Source of the DNA: a virus | Direction: 5' to 3' (one strand) | IMG/VR virus record: IMGVR_UViG_3300027852_000003 | Coordinates: 1-64,000 of that record | Length of the DNA stretch: 64,000 bases | Shown here: positions 15,229-23,507 of the stretch, piece by piece | Numbering within the stretch: the stretch's first letter is position 1 | Layout of the letters: the number at the start of each line of letters is the position of its first letter | Notes under the pieces: model-generated | The model's database searches: none | What the model saw: only the letters and a program-made list of their open reading frames with translations | What the model was told of the DNA's origin: nothing | Position numbers and translations under genes: made by a program

Positions 15229-15376
15229 AATCTATCTCCCCATAATGATGCTCTCCCCAGGTATGTCTAAGATCATGCAGCCTGTACACTTTGGGTGCAA
15301 CAGAGCAACCCAAAATAAAATAGGAGGCGATAAAAAGACTAAGAAAAAACAAGGTTATTTTTAGATATGGGTTCAT
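15218..15376 (-). CDS. Small lipoprotein (52 aa)
   Basis: AAGGAGAATAAA precedes the ATG at 15376. Signal peptide MNPYLKITLFFLSLFIASYFILGC carries an L-x-G-C lipobox. Confidence 0.55.
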   Translation of the reverse strand: MNPYLKITLFFLSLFIASYFILGCSVAPKVYRLHDLRHTWGEHHYGEIDFDD

Positions 15377-15377
15377 T

Positions 15378-15626
15378 TTATTCTCCTTGTAATTGGCAAG
15401 CATCTTCTATCCAATATGTCTTACCTTTTTCGATAAAACATCCTGATTGGAGATATTCTATCGCTTCTTTTTTTGTAAATCGTGCGGCCTGCTCTCTTAA
15501 AAAAACCCTATACATGTCACTATTTTCGCCTATATACATTTGTGTTTCTTCTTCTTTTATAACGTAACCCTTGTAAATATCCCCAAATTGTATTTTATCT
15601 GAATCGTTTTTTGTTGTGGTGTCCAT
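15378..15626 (-). CDS. Hypothetical protein (82 aa)
   Basis: ORF track entry. Confidence 0.6.
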   Translation of the reverse strand: MDTTTKNDSDKIQFGDIYKGYVIKEEETQMYIGENSDMYRVFLREQAARFTKKEAIEYLQSGCFIEKGKTYWIEDACQLQGE

Positions 15627-15674
15627 TTTGTCTCCTTTTTTAGTATTTCCATCTATCTAATTTGAAAATCGCTG

Positions 15675-15700
15675 GCACCGCTTTTTTGCCCGGTGCTTTT
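15675..15700. terminator. Hairpin GCACCG-N10-CGGTGC with a T run
   Basis: 15675..15680 pairs with 15691..15696. It is followed by TTTTATT on plus and CAGCGATTTTC on minus, and lies just downstream of the DUF551-like gene. Confidence 0.35.
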
Positions 15701-15709
15701 ATTGATTTG

Positions 15710-15877
15710 TTATAAGGACGGTGGTTCTGGCAGTGGCATCCAATGGGTAACGTCCTTATAAGCTTCCTCGAAATCCGCTCTTATATAATAGTAATATATA
15801 TCTATTTCTGACCCATTCCATAGCAAAACACCATCTGACTTGCTTGGTAATTCGTCTTTTACGTCAATCCATTTCAT
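15710..15877 (-). CDS. DUF551-like phage protein (55 aa)
   Basis: MKWIDVKDELP...VTHWMPLPEPP matches the DUF551 pattern from memory. AAAGGAGGTAGTT lies upstream of the ATG. Confidence 0.6.
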   Translation of the reverse strand: MKWIDVKDELPSKSDGVLLWNGSEIDIYYYYIRADFEEAYKDVTHWMPLPEPPSL

Positions 15878-15895
15878 AACTACCTCCTTTGATTT

Positions 15896-16040
15896 TATTG
15901 ATTATACGCCCCTTGCTTTGCCATGGACTCTATCTTTCCCTCGACTAATTAGCGTGGCCTTTGCTAAACGAAGGCGGCTTAAATTGACTCCGAGTCGTCC
16001 CTAAGCTGGGCTGCCATGCAGCAAGTAACAAGGGGCGCAA
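15896..16040 (-). ncRNA. Candidate structured RNA in a 179-nt gene-free gap
   Basis: CGCCCCTTG (15897..15905) pairs with CAAGGGGCG (16031..16039), plus CTT/AAG and CATGG/CCATG extensions and an internal GCCTT/AAGGC hairpin. There is no ORF longer than 12 codons. Confidence 0.25.
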
Positions 16041-16056
16041 AACGATTTTAATCTCC

Positions 16057-16338
16057 TCAAAGTTTAGAAGTATCAATCCCCGTAAATTCAAAGATAAGCT
16101 CTCTTATTTTGTTCCCAAGTTTTTCGGCAGAAGCGGCTTTTTTCTCAGTAGCCTCACCTTCCATTTTTTCCCACATTTTCCAAAGCAGAGAGTTCATAAA
16201 TATTTTAAGGCAAGCCCTGAAATGATCGTGGGTATACGAATATGGAGCAGCAATCTCTTCATCAACTCTATAGTCCTGCTCCCACAATCCGTTTTCTATT
16301 TCAATTAATGCGTCCCCGTAGGGTGTTTCTTTTGTCAT
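16057..16338 (-). CDS. Hypothetical protein (93 aa)
   Basis: ATG at 16338 (MTKETPYGD...). Confidence 0.6.
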   Translation of the reverse strand: MTKETPYGDALIEIENGLWEQDYRVDEEIAAPYSYTHDHFRACLKIFMNSLLWKMWEKMEGEATEKKAASAEKLGNKIRELIFEFTGIDTSKL

Positions 16339-16392
16339 TTTTGCATGCCTCAACTTTCTTTTTTGTCCAAAAATAATAATGCCAAACTCAAT

Positions 16393-16575
16393 TTACCAAC
16401 CCTTTTTCCCTTGCCAAAGTTCATCCATTCTTCCTAAAAAAGCCAAATTCCATCTCTTAACCCAGTCTTCATGTGATTGCGGAGGCTTGTTGGTTTTTCC
16501 TTCCTTTTTATTTGCATATTTTTCTGCGGATGGGATCAACTTATTCCTGGCAATTTTATATTTGCGGTCTGTCAT
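16393..16575 (-). CDS. Hypothetical basic protein (60 aa)
   Basis: ORF track entry. Confidence 0.5.
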   Translation of the reverse strand: MTDRKYKIARNKLIPSAEKYANKKEGKTNKPPQSHEDWVKRWNLAFLGRMDELWQGKKGW

Positions 16576-16658
16576 TTTTAAATCTCCCTTTAATGCTTTA
16601 ATGATTCCTCATTATTTACCGGACAGGTTAATATCTCTTGGCAAGAGTGCCTTGTCTG

Positions 16659-16895
16659 TTAGTCCACAATATCAATATACTGGGGGACATCTAAATGACC
16701 ATCTCTCCAATGTTCGTGACAAGCTTTAACTGTCCATAGATGATCTCCACATGGGCAAGCAATAACCCTCCACGCTCCTTCTGAAATAGGCCAATTTGAA
16801 GCAGGCGGACTTGGAGGACGAAAACAACCGATAAATATATGTTTAGCCGGGTCTATTGCATCGTTTTGTACTTTTTTTCCATTAAGATAAACCAT
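16659..16895 (-). CDS. Hypothetical protein (78 aa)
   Basis: ORF track entry with ACAGGAGGTAAAGC upstream of the ATG. Confidence 0.6.
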   Translation of the reverse strand: MVYLNGKKVQNDAIDPAKHIFIGCFRPPSPPASNWPISEGAWRVIACPCGDHLWTVKACHEHWRDGHLDVPQYIDIVD

Positions 16896-16962
16896 GCTTT
16901 ACCTCCTGTGGTATAATAATTTAGTTCAGCGGGTCAGTTTTTTGCCTCTACCGAAATATTAA

Positions 16963-17397
16963 TTAAAGGCTATATTTCCCCGCATCTACTTCCCATTTAT
17001 GTTTTGATCTTTTCTTCCACAGAACAAAAGCTTGTTTTTTGTGTTTCTCAAAATCACATCTAAGACATTTGTTCACCTCTATGAAATGATCTACAACTTT
17101 CTCATAATCTAACTTACCTTTAGCTGCCAAAATGCCAGCTAAGCCTATATGCTTAACATGATGGCATAAAGTACAAAGAGAGATAAAGCCTACCAATTTT
17201 TGCTTGTAGTTGTGGTCATCATATTTCCATATCTCATGGCAATGAAACTGGTGGCTATTTTTTTTGCAGATCCCACATTTATGCTCATATTTAGCATAAG
17301 TTTCTTTTCTTACTTTATCCCACTCAGTCTTTGACATCAGACTTCGCAAGTTATTGTACCAAGATGTACTTGGGACTAATTCAATGGCAAGTTTCAT
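16963..17397 (-). CDS. HNH/zinc-finger nuclease-like protein
   Basis: Spacing of CGICKK...HCHEIWKY...LCTLCHHVKH is typical of HNH-type domains. Confidence 0.6.
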   Translation of the reverse strand: MKLAIELVPSTSWYNNLRSLMSKTEWDKVRKETYAKYEHKCGICKKNSHQFHCHEIWKYDDHNYKQKLVGFISLCTLCHHVKHIGLAGILAAKGKLDYEKVVDHFIEVNKCLRCDFEKHKKQAFVLWKKRSKHKWEVDAGKYSL

Positions 17398-17418
17398 AAT
17401 ATTTCCCCTTACTTAAAG

Positions 17419-17892
17419 TTATCTCAATTCAAACTGGGATCTCTTTTTTTCTACGATTGGTTGTTCTCCTTTTAAAACTTCTTTGTGAATTCTAAGAACA
17501 TCACGAACGGTGCTACACATCCCGCCTATTTGAGATTCTATTTTATATTGCTTTAACTCTTCACTGTCGTTGTCCTCTATGTAGCAAGAGGAATATGGCC
17601 TATATTGGCAATCCTCAACTAATTTTTTTGCTGTGGCATATACCTGAGGATCTACTCCATTATCAAAACGGGAACATTTCAGGCATCCACTCCAAAAAGT
17701 AGGATCACCTGAATTGTCTACTGTTTCGAGTGGTTCTAATGCCCCACCACACTGTGAGCAAACCCCGCTTATACTGTCCTGGCATTGTTGCTTCGTAATT
17801 TTATATTCCACATTACCCCCTTTGGAGTCTATCGCCCAAACACAGCCCGTAATTTTCACTGCATCTAATAAGGTTCTGTTTTTCTTCCTCAT
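17419..17892 (-). CDS. Hypothetical Cys-rich protein (157 aa)
   Basis: ORF track entry with CSQCGG...CLKC. Confidence 0.75.
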   Translation of the reverse strand: MRKKNRTLLDAVKITGCVWAIDSKGGNVEYKITKQQCQDSISGVCSQCGGALEPLETVDNSGDPTFWSGCLKCSRFDNGVDPQVYATAKKLVEDCQYRPYSSCYIEDNDSEELKQYKIESQIGGMCSTVRDVLRIHKEVLKGEQPIVEKKRSQFELR

Positions 17893-18419
17893 GCTTTATC
17901 CCTCTAAAGTCGTTGTGATATCTGGCAAGTACCATCCTGTCCCCTTCCTTTTTGAGTCCTAAAGTATCTTCGATGTAACATTTCTATTTTCATTGTTTTC
18001 CTTTCTGGTGGGTAATTGTTATGCCCTCTGTGTTTCAGTCCAGGCGGTTTGTGCCAGGCACGTTCGTAGGGGAAAAGTGGTACTCATTTACGTTGCCGAT
18101 TGGTTACGGCGGCCCCACCGGGCATCCTATCCTCACATTGCCAGCTTTGCTATTTTCTGTTCGCTACACGTATCAAAAGATCGTGGCCAAAATACCCTAT
18201 GGGCTATGGCAACTACTCGTTACTAAGTTTCACATTCTGGATGCGCGTCCTGTTTTCCTCCCGCTTTCGTTTTATGTGTCACAAAGGGCATAACCATAGT
18301 TCCCTCCTACTCAATTTTGTGTTAAATGGTGCGGGTTCTGTTTTTTGCCCCTGGAAACCCGCAAAACAGGGGAGGAGAAAATCCGGTTTATTATCGCCAA
18401 CCGGCAGGCGGTTTCAATT
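17893..18419 (-). ncRNA. Candidate large structured non-coding RNA (GC-rich island); strand inferred
   Basis: There is no credible minus-strand ORF. GC is elevated. Interleaved stems lie at 18331-18337/18356-18362 and 18348-18353/18367-18372. A 15-bp helix joins 18018-18032 and 18280-18294, and its single mismatch is G-U only on the minus strand. Confidence 0.35.
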
Positions 18420-18608
18420 CTAAAAGTCTTGCAACATTCTCTTCCATGTCTGGTATAATTCAAAAACCGGATATTTGCGCCTTGCCTTTGCTAAAAACTC
18501 CCTTCTTTCCTTCTCCGCTTTGTAAATTGTGGCTATTCCGTAACGTGCCCACAAGTCCTCTTCGGTTATCGGCTCTGCGAAGAGATTACGGAGTTTAACG
18601 AGATTCAT
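18420..18608 (-). CDS. Hypothetical protein (62 aa)
   Basis: ATG at 18608 follows TTGGAGGTAAATCG. Confidence 0.6.
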   Translation of the reverse strand: MNLVKLRNLFAEPITEEDLWARYGIATIYKAEKERREFLAKARRKYPVFELYQTWKRMLQDF

Positions 18609-18631
18609 CGATTTACCTCCAAGAATAAAAA

Positions 18632-18904
18632 TCAAAAAAGCTTCAACTGTTTATCAATAATTTGTGCTTTCCGGATTATTTTGGGAGTGGATAAAGTCGT
18701 GCTTCCGGTAATTTCAAAATGGAGAATACCTTCTTTGCCGCTTAGAGTACATTTTATGGCAAAAGCTGCCTTTTCTTTGGTTTCTTCAACATTCAAAGTG
18801 ATTTTTTCCACCAAGTCATCAACCATGTCTCCTATATCATTCAAAATTTGATCTTTCGCTCTGATTTCAATTACTTCGTTTATTCGTGCATCTGCTATGT
18901 TCAT
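18632..18904 (-). CDS. Hypothetical protein (90 aa)
   Basis: ORF track entry with AAGGAGGGGATC upstream of the ATG. Confidence 0.65.
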   Translation of the reverse strand: MNIADARINEVIEIRAKDQILNDIGDMVDDLVEKITLNVEETKEKAAFAIKCTLSGKEGILHFEITGSTTLSTPKIIRKAQIIDKQLKLF

Positions 18905-18915
18905 GATCCCCTCCT

Positions 18916-19950
18916 TTAAATTAATGACGTGCCAGGTTCAATCCCTAACTTCTCTTTTTTCACCTCAATGGCTTCTTCAATACGTCCTCCGCTTTCAGGA
19001 TCAACAGCCATTATTTCCTCAATTTTTTCCTTGTTGTTCCTGATCCAGTTATTGAGATGTTTTTCACTCTTGATATCCGTTTTAATATGGGCAACAAAAT
19101 TATCGGCTATCATTTTTGCTCTACCTATTTCTTCCGAGAGTGCTGATTCAGATTTCGGGGATGCCTGTGCTGTCTTTGTTTGCGCTGCTCTGTCTTCATC
19201 TTCCCAAGCCGGACAGCCTTCTCTATCTTCGCATTCATTGTTGCAGAAACTTTTTAAAACCTGGTCGTTTTTTCGCTCAGGACAGAGGACAAAAGACTCG
19301 GTAGTTGCAGGTTTTTCTTTTTCCAAGATAAACCGTTTTTGTTTTTTGAGTTTTTCCTTTAACACTTCTTTTTTTGCATCGGTTTTTTGCTCGGTTTCAG
19401 CGTTCATAACTACAGGGTCGATACTTAATTCTCCGACAGAGGGAATTTCTTCTTGTGAATACAAGCCGCCCAAATCTTCTGGCAATGCTTCTCTTAACGC
19501 CTGGACTAATGCCACTTTTTTTAACATAGTTCTCGGTTTTTCAGCCCACATACGGTTAGGCGTTCCATCTCTTTTTACCCCTACATATTCTTCATAATCA
19601 ACTTCGCACTTGATGGGCACTTGATATCCTTTCATATATACTTTTGCCCATGCTATTTGCCCATCTTCCGAGACGCCGGTTTCATGCCCCTGATATTTTG
19701 GATTTCGGTAGGCTCGTTTCAAAAAAGTTTCTTTCCCTGTAACTATCGTTGCTTTTTCCGCCCCATATTTGATTAAGTAAACTTCCCTTAAAAACGGATT
19801 CAATTTCTGGTACTTGCAGAGAGCAAGGAACATCATTATTTCCTGTTCTGTGATATTACCCGCCCCGCTTACCAAATATTTTTTTACAATATTTGGGGAT
19901 AGTGTGATTTCTCCGTATCCTGTTTCATATTTTACAATTTGCTCATTCAT
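18916..19950 (-). CDS. recT: RecT-family single-strand annealing recombinase
   Basis: Contains LALCKYQKLNPFLREVYLIKYG, TGKETFLKRA, RMWAEKPRTMLKKVALVQALREA. It is adjacent to a YqaJ-type exonuclease. Confidence 0.85.
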   Translation of the reverse strand: MNEQIVKYETGYGEITLSPNIVKKYLVSGAGNITEQEIMMFLALCKYQKLNPFLREVYLIKYGAEKATIVTGKETFLKRAYRNPKYQGHETGVSEDGQIAWAKVYMKGYQVPIKCEVDYEEYVGVKRDGTPNRMWAEKPRTMLKKVALVQALREALPEDLGGLYSQEEIPSVGELSIDPVVMNAETEQKTDAKKEVLKEKLKKQKRFILEKEKPATTESFVLCPERKNDQVLKSFCNNECEDREGCPAWEDEDRAAQTKTAQASPKSESALSEEIGRAKMIADNFVAHIKTDIKSEKHLNNWIRNNKEKIEEIMAVDPESGGRIEEAIEVKKEKLGIEPGTSLI

Positions 19951-20872
19951 TTATTCCTCCTTTCAAAATATATGGCCTAAATGCCTTAAATGGCTTTCCT
20001 TTTTTTTCATATTGGCTTAAAGCAATTTCCGGGTGTTCAGAGCTAAGTTTTTTCTTGTCAAAAATTATCCTCCCGGCCTGCTCCTGATAGTACCCCCGGA
20101 AATTAAATCCTTCTATAACCCCCGCTCCTTCAGATTCCATCATGCCTGTAAGCTTTTCTTTCGCCGTTTTTTCAAGCTCTTCCCATTCCTGCCTAATCGC
20201 CTTAGCTTCGGTGAAATCTGTTATTGCCTCTTCCCACTCCGGGCTTGTTACCTGCACCAACTCCCCGCCAATGGCAGGCAAATCAATGGCCGATTCTTCT
20301 TCCGGGGGCGGCGTTCCGGCTTTCACCATTTCCCAAAATTTTGTGTCCTTTTCAATAATGAAATCAATTAATTCATCATCTCGCTCAACATCAAAATGAA
20401 TTAAATCCCATTGTTCGGCATTGAACACTCCAAAGGCTCCCCATTTGCAGCCAGTAACGGCAAGGTAATGCTGCAACTGGATTTGGTAATAATCCTGCAA
20501 TCCTTCCCTTTTGCATTTTCCAAAAACTTGGAGGCCTGGACATTTGATTTCGAGAATACCCGCCCCTTTTTCCAAATCCATAATTTTTCGATCAACATTT
20601 CCAAGAAAAAAGTCAAGTTGAGGATGTTTAAATAATTTTGTTTCTATAATCGTCTCCCTCCCTGTCTCCGCTTGATACATATTAGCCACAAGAGGCTCAA
20701 GCATCGCCCCTCTTTTCATTGCTGGGGTTTCTGTTTCTTCCACTACTAATCCCCGTTTTTCCAGATATAAATCATGAATATTTTTAAACGGGCTAACTCC
20801 CAAGATAACAGGGCTATCGCTCCCCCCGATACCCTTTCGCCGTTCCTGCAACTGCTCAAGTGTTAATGACAT
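19943..20872 (-). CDS. YqaJ/lambda-Exo-like recombination exonuclease
   Basis: Contains RRKGIGGSDSPVILGVSPFK, MKRGAMLEP, ILEIKCPG. ATG at 20872 follows AAGGAGGG. Confidence 0.85.
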   Translation of the reverse strand: MSLTLEQLQERRKGIGGSDSPVILGVSPFKNIHDLYLEKRGLVVEETETPAMKRGAMLEPLVANMYQAETGRETIIETKLFKHPQLDFFLGNVDRKIMDLEKGAGILEIKCPGLQVFGKCKREGLQDYYQIQLQHYLAVTGCKWGAFGVFNAEQWDLIHFDVERDDELIDFIIEKDTKFWEMVKAGTPPPEEESAIDLPAIGGELVQVTSPEWEEAITDFTEAKAIRQEWEELEKTAKEKLTGMMESEGAGVIEGFNFRGYYQEQAGRIIFDKKKLSSEHPEIALSQYEKKGKPFKAFRPYILKGGINE

Positions 20873-21083
20873 CTTTCTTTCCCTCCTTAAGTTTTCTTTC
20901 GCAAAATGCAATGGCATTGTCTATCGCCGTTTCTAAATCTTCGTGTTGTTGACTCCCCTTCTCCCAACGTAGAAAACTCTCTTCTAAGTAAGAGCCTACT
21001 TCCCAAAGGTTATATTTTATAATCGTTAGCGAGTCGCCGCACAATTCATTAAGATATAACATTTTCTCTTTAAGGCTTTTCAT
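20856..21083 (-). CDS. Hypothetical protein (75 aa)
   Basis: ORF track entry. Confidence 0.55.
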   Translation of the reverse strand: MKSLKEKMLYLNELCGDSLTIIKYNLWEVGSYLEESFLRWEKGSQQHEDLETAIDNAIAFCERKLKEGKKDVINT

Positions 21084-21097
21084 TTCTTTTTTCCTTG

Positions 21098-21370
21098 TTA
21101 AAGTTCAAGCCTATCCAGTATTGACTGGAGACGGGTTAAACTTGCAAGTGTTTCTTCATTTACGGCGTGCATGGAACCAGCTAACAGAACCCTTTCTTTC
21201 ATTGGCTTTTCTTCTTTATCTTCCAAGCCATCCCTCATCATTAGCACCCCCGACAATCGGCCTTCCAATGCTGTTACAAGTTCTTCCAATCGAATGCTAT
21301 TTGTCTTACTATCTTCCATCTCTGCCGCAACTTGGGTTGTTTTTTCTTTTACAGGGCACATATTATCCAT
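21098..21370 (-). CDS. Hypothetical acidic protein (90 aa)
   Basis: ORF track entry. Confidence 0.6.
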   Translation of the reverse strand: MDNMCPVKEKTTQVAAEMEDSKTNSIRLEELVTALEGRLSGVLMMRDGLEDKEEKPMKERVLLAGSMHAVNEETLASLTRLQSILDRLEL

Positions 21371-21394
21371 TTTGTTCTCCTTTTTAAAGTTTTC

Positions 21395-21733
21395 CTATTT
21401 TTCCGTCACTTCCATTTTTATCGGTCTTTCTCCTGCTAATGCCGCCTTAACAGCATCTTGGGGGCTATCATAGCACCGACCTTGCTGGCTTTTCATTCTG
21501 GGATCATAAATCATCGGCCCCCACAATCCCCTGCGAATTTCTATGTGTCTAATCCCTGCTTTCCTTAATTCCTGTGTCGCTCTTGCTAATCTTGCCTCTT
21601 CTCCTTCCTCCTCCGTAGTTGATAAGAACATTATCCCAACCCCTATCAGTATGCCCATTACTAACCAGGTAATTCTTTTAGGCCAGAGTTGGGAACTTTT
21701 CCAGCATTTTTCATTGCTATTTTTATTAATCAT
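21395..21733 (-). CDS. Membrane-anchored hypothetical protein (112 aa)
   Basis: ORF track entry with one hydrophobic helix (ITWLVMGILIGVGIMFL). Confidence 0.65.
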   Translation of the reverse strand: MINKNSNEKCWKSSQLWPKRITWLVMGILIGVGIMFLSTTEEEGEEARLARATQELRKAGIRHIEIRRGLWGPMIYDPRMKSQQGRCYDSPQDAVKAALAGERPIKMEVTEK

Positions 21734-21740
21734 CTTCCTG

Positions 21741-22022
21741 CTATGCTCCTTTTTTTATTATATTACTTTCTTGGCAACAAAGCTCATGAGCAAAAAAGGA
21801 CTCCACGGGTTTCCAAAATTCCAACATCATTTTGTTATACGAAATGGTGTTAAAGTCATCATATCGCCATCGATAATCTAACCCACAAGCGATGTCTTGT
21901 TGTGACAAATTCGAGATTATATTAAGTATCCGCATACTTTCATTGAACACTTTGTTATTTCTCCATAGCATCCACAAAGAAAAAAGCGCTAGCCCTCCTG
22001 ACAAAATAATTAAAATCATCAT
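21741..22022 (-). CDS. N-terminally anchored membrane protein, paralog of 28256..28534
   Basis: The shared motif GLDY.WR...F...S.N.M..EFW.PV.S.F follows one TM helix. Confidence 0.65.
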   Translation of the reverse strand: MMILIILSGGLALFSLWMLWRNNKVFNESMRILNIISNLSQQDIACGLDYRWRYDDFNTISYNKMMLEFWKPVESFFAHELCCQESNIIKKGA

Positions 22023-22429
22023 TTTTTTATCTCCTCTTTAAAGGTTTTTAAAAAAGCTAACTCTTGCTTTGCATAATTAAAAATATCTTCCCTGGGCCGC
22101 CTTACCTCGATGTAGCAAGTGCAATAATTTTCATAAGGCGTTGCCCGGCAGTTCGTCTTGCCTGTTTTGCCGAAAATCATACATTTTTGGCAATCATTTT
22201 TATGAAAGCGGCATAGCCCACAGGTCTTGTTTCTGCCATCATACAGCCTTTTAAACATTTCATAACTTTTCTGATTTTCATAATAATGCAGCATAAAATC
22301 CCATTTTTCGATAGAGAGGTTTAAGCCTTCTTCTGCTGAAGTAGGATCAGCGAAAAGGCTTACCAAACTGTAATAACCATGCAAAATTCGGACAAGCCCT
22401 CTGTTTTCTTGTATCTTGAAATTATCCAT
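22019..22429 (-). CDS. Hypothetical Cys-rich protein (136 aa)
   Basis: ORF track entry with CGLCRF..CQKC. Confidence 0.7.
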   Translation of the reverse strand: MDNFKIQENRGLVRILHGYYSLVSLFADPTSAEEGLNLSIEKWDFMLHYYENQKSYEMFKRLYDGRNKTCGLCRFHKNDCQKCMIFGKTGKTNCRATPYENYCTCYIEVRRPREDIFNYAKQELAFLKTFKEEIKK

Positions 22430-22440
22430 TTTTTTCTCCT

Positions 22441-23250
22441 TTACCCCGTTTTATATATTTTTTTCAATCCGAAAAACATTTCTAACTGTGCCCTGATGAT
22501 CCAATGCCATCCATCCCAACTGCATATCTTTTTCTTTTCTTCCATTGTAGGAAGATTTTTGTATGTCTTCCAACAAAGTTTTTCGTTTAAAATATCTTCT
22601 TTCCATTTCTGAATCGGGGGCATTTCCGCCCAGAATTTTCTTTCAAAGGGCAAGGTGCGCGTCTGAAGCGATTTTCCTGCAATATCATAATTAAAAGAAA
22701 AAATATACTCGCCGCTTATAATTGATCCCAGACTTATAATCGCCCCTTTGCTTATAATACACTCACCGCTTTTGATCGACCCTTGGCCTTCAATTCTTCC
22801 CTTACTCTCAATCACCCCGCCGCTTAGAATTGACCCTTTACTTATAATTGCCCCGTCGCATTCAACCGATCCCCCGCTTATAACCGACCCCCCGCATTCA
22901 ATTGATCCCCCGCTTTTGATCCACTCGCCGCTTATAATTGACCCTTTACTTATAATCAATCTTTTACTCTCAATCCACTCGCCGCTTTCAATTGATCCTT
23001 GGCTTTCAATCACCCCGCCGCTCTTAATTGTTCCCTTACTTTCAATTGATTCTTTGCTGATAATCGACCCTTGACTTTCGATCCACCCAGCCCGGAAAGA
23101 CTTTTCCATTGTTGCGGTTCCCAAGAAAGTAAAATCGCTCCTATCAGACAAAACGGGGCACAAAAACTTTACATCATCGCCAAAAATGACCTCGGCTTTA
23201 TCTTCATCATAATATTTTTTTATTTCTTCTTGGTCTTTGATAACTATCAA
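22441..23250 (-). CDS. Hexapeptide-repeat beta-helix protein (21 uninterrupted hexads)
   Basis: ESQGSI ISKESI ESKGTI KSGGVI ... ISGEYI, with strict 6-aa period and an aliphatic residue at the last position of each hexad. Confidence 0.85.
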   Translation of the reverse strand: MIVIKDQEEIKKYYDEDKAEVIFGDDVKFLCPVLSDRSDFTFLGTATMEKSFRAGWIESQGSIISKESIESKGTIKSGGVIESQGSIESGEWIESKRLIISKGSIISGEWIKSGGSIECGGSVISGGSVECDGAIISKGSILSGGVIESKGRIEGQGSIKSGECIISKGAIISLGSIISGEYIFSFNYDIAGKSLQTRTLPFERKFWAEMPPIQKWKEDILNEKLCWKTYKNLPTMEEKKKICSWDGWHWIIRAQLEMFFGLKKIYKTG

Positions 23251-23267
23251 TTTTTTCTCCTTGGTTT

Positions 23268-23450
23268 TTAAAAATTATTAACTAAAACTTCATTTTCATA
23301 CTCTTTTTTTCTTTTCGATTCTCTTGCTCCCCCTAAAAAAACAATTTCTTCAAATTTGTCCCTTATTAACCATCTTAGTTCTACCCCGTCCCAATTGCCA
23401 GGGTATTCCCTAACTTTTTTTAATAATTCTTGTTTCACGTTTTCTATCAA
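23268..23450 (-). CDS. Hypothetical protein (60 aa)
   Basis: ORF track entry. Confidence 0.55.
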   Translation of the reverse strand: MIENVKQELLKKVREYPGNWDGVELRWLIRDKFEEIVFLGGARESKRKKEYENEVLVNNF

Positions 23451-23507
23451 TCCTGTAATAAAAGTTTTTTGCTCTGTAGTAGTAATTTTTCCCCTCCTTT
23501 TTGAAAA

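Noticed and set aside
18260-18345. RNase P RNA, because ACAGAACCCGC and GGGAGGAAAAC on the minus strand resemble the conserved P4 strands
   Set aside because: The two elements are in the wrong 5'-to-3' order for RNase P. The rest of the conserved core was not recognisable.
18021-18598. Plus-strand ORFs 18021..18293, 18100..18423 and 18326..18598 as genes
   Set aside because: They overlap each other in different frames and run against the local gene orientation. They lack SD sequences and coincide with a GC-rich segment where long random ORFs are expected.
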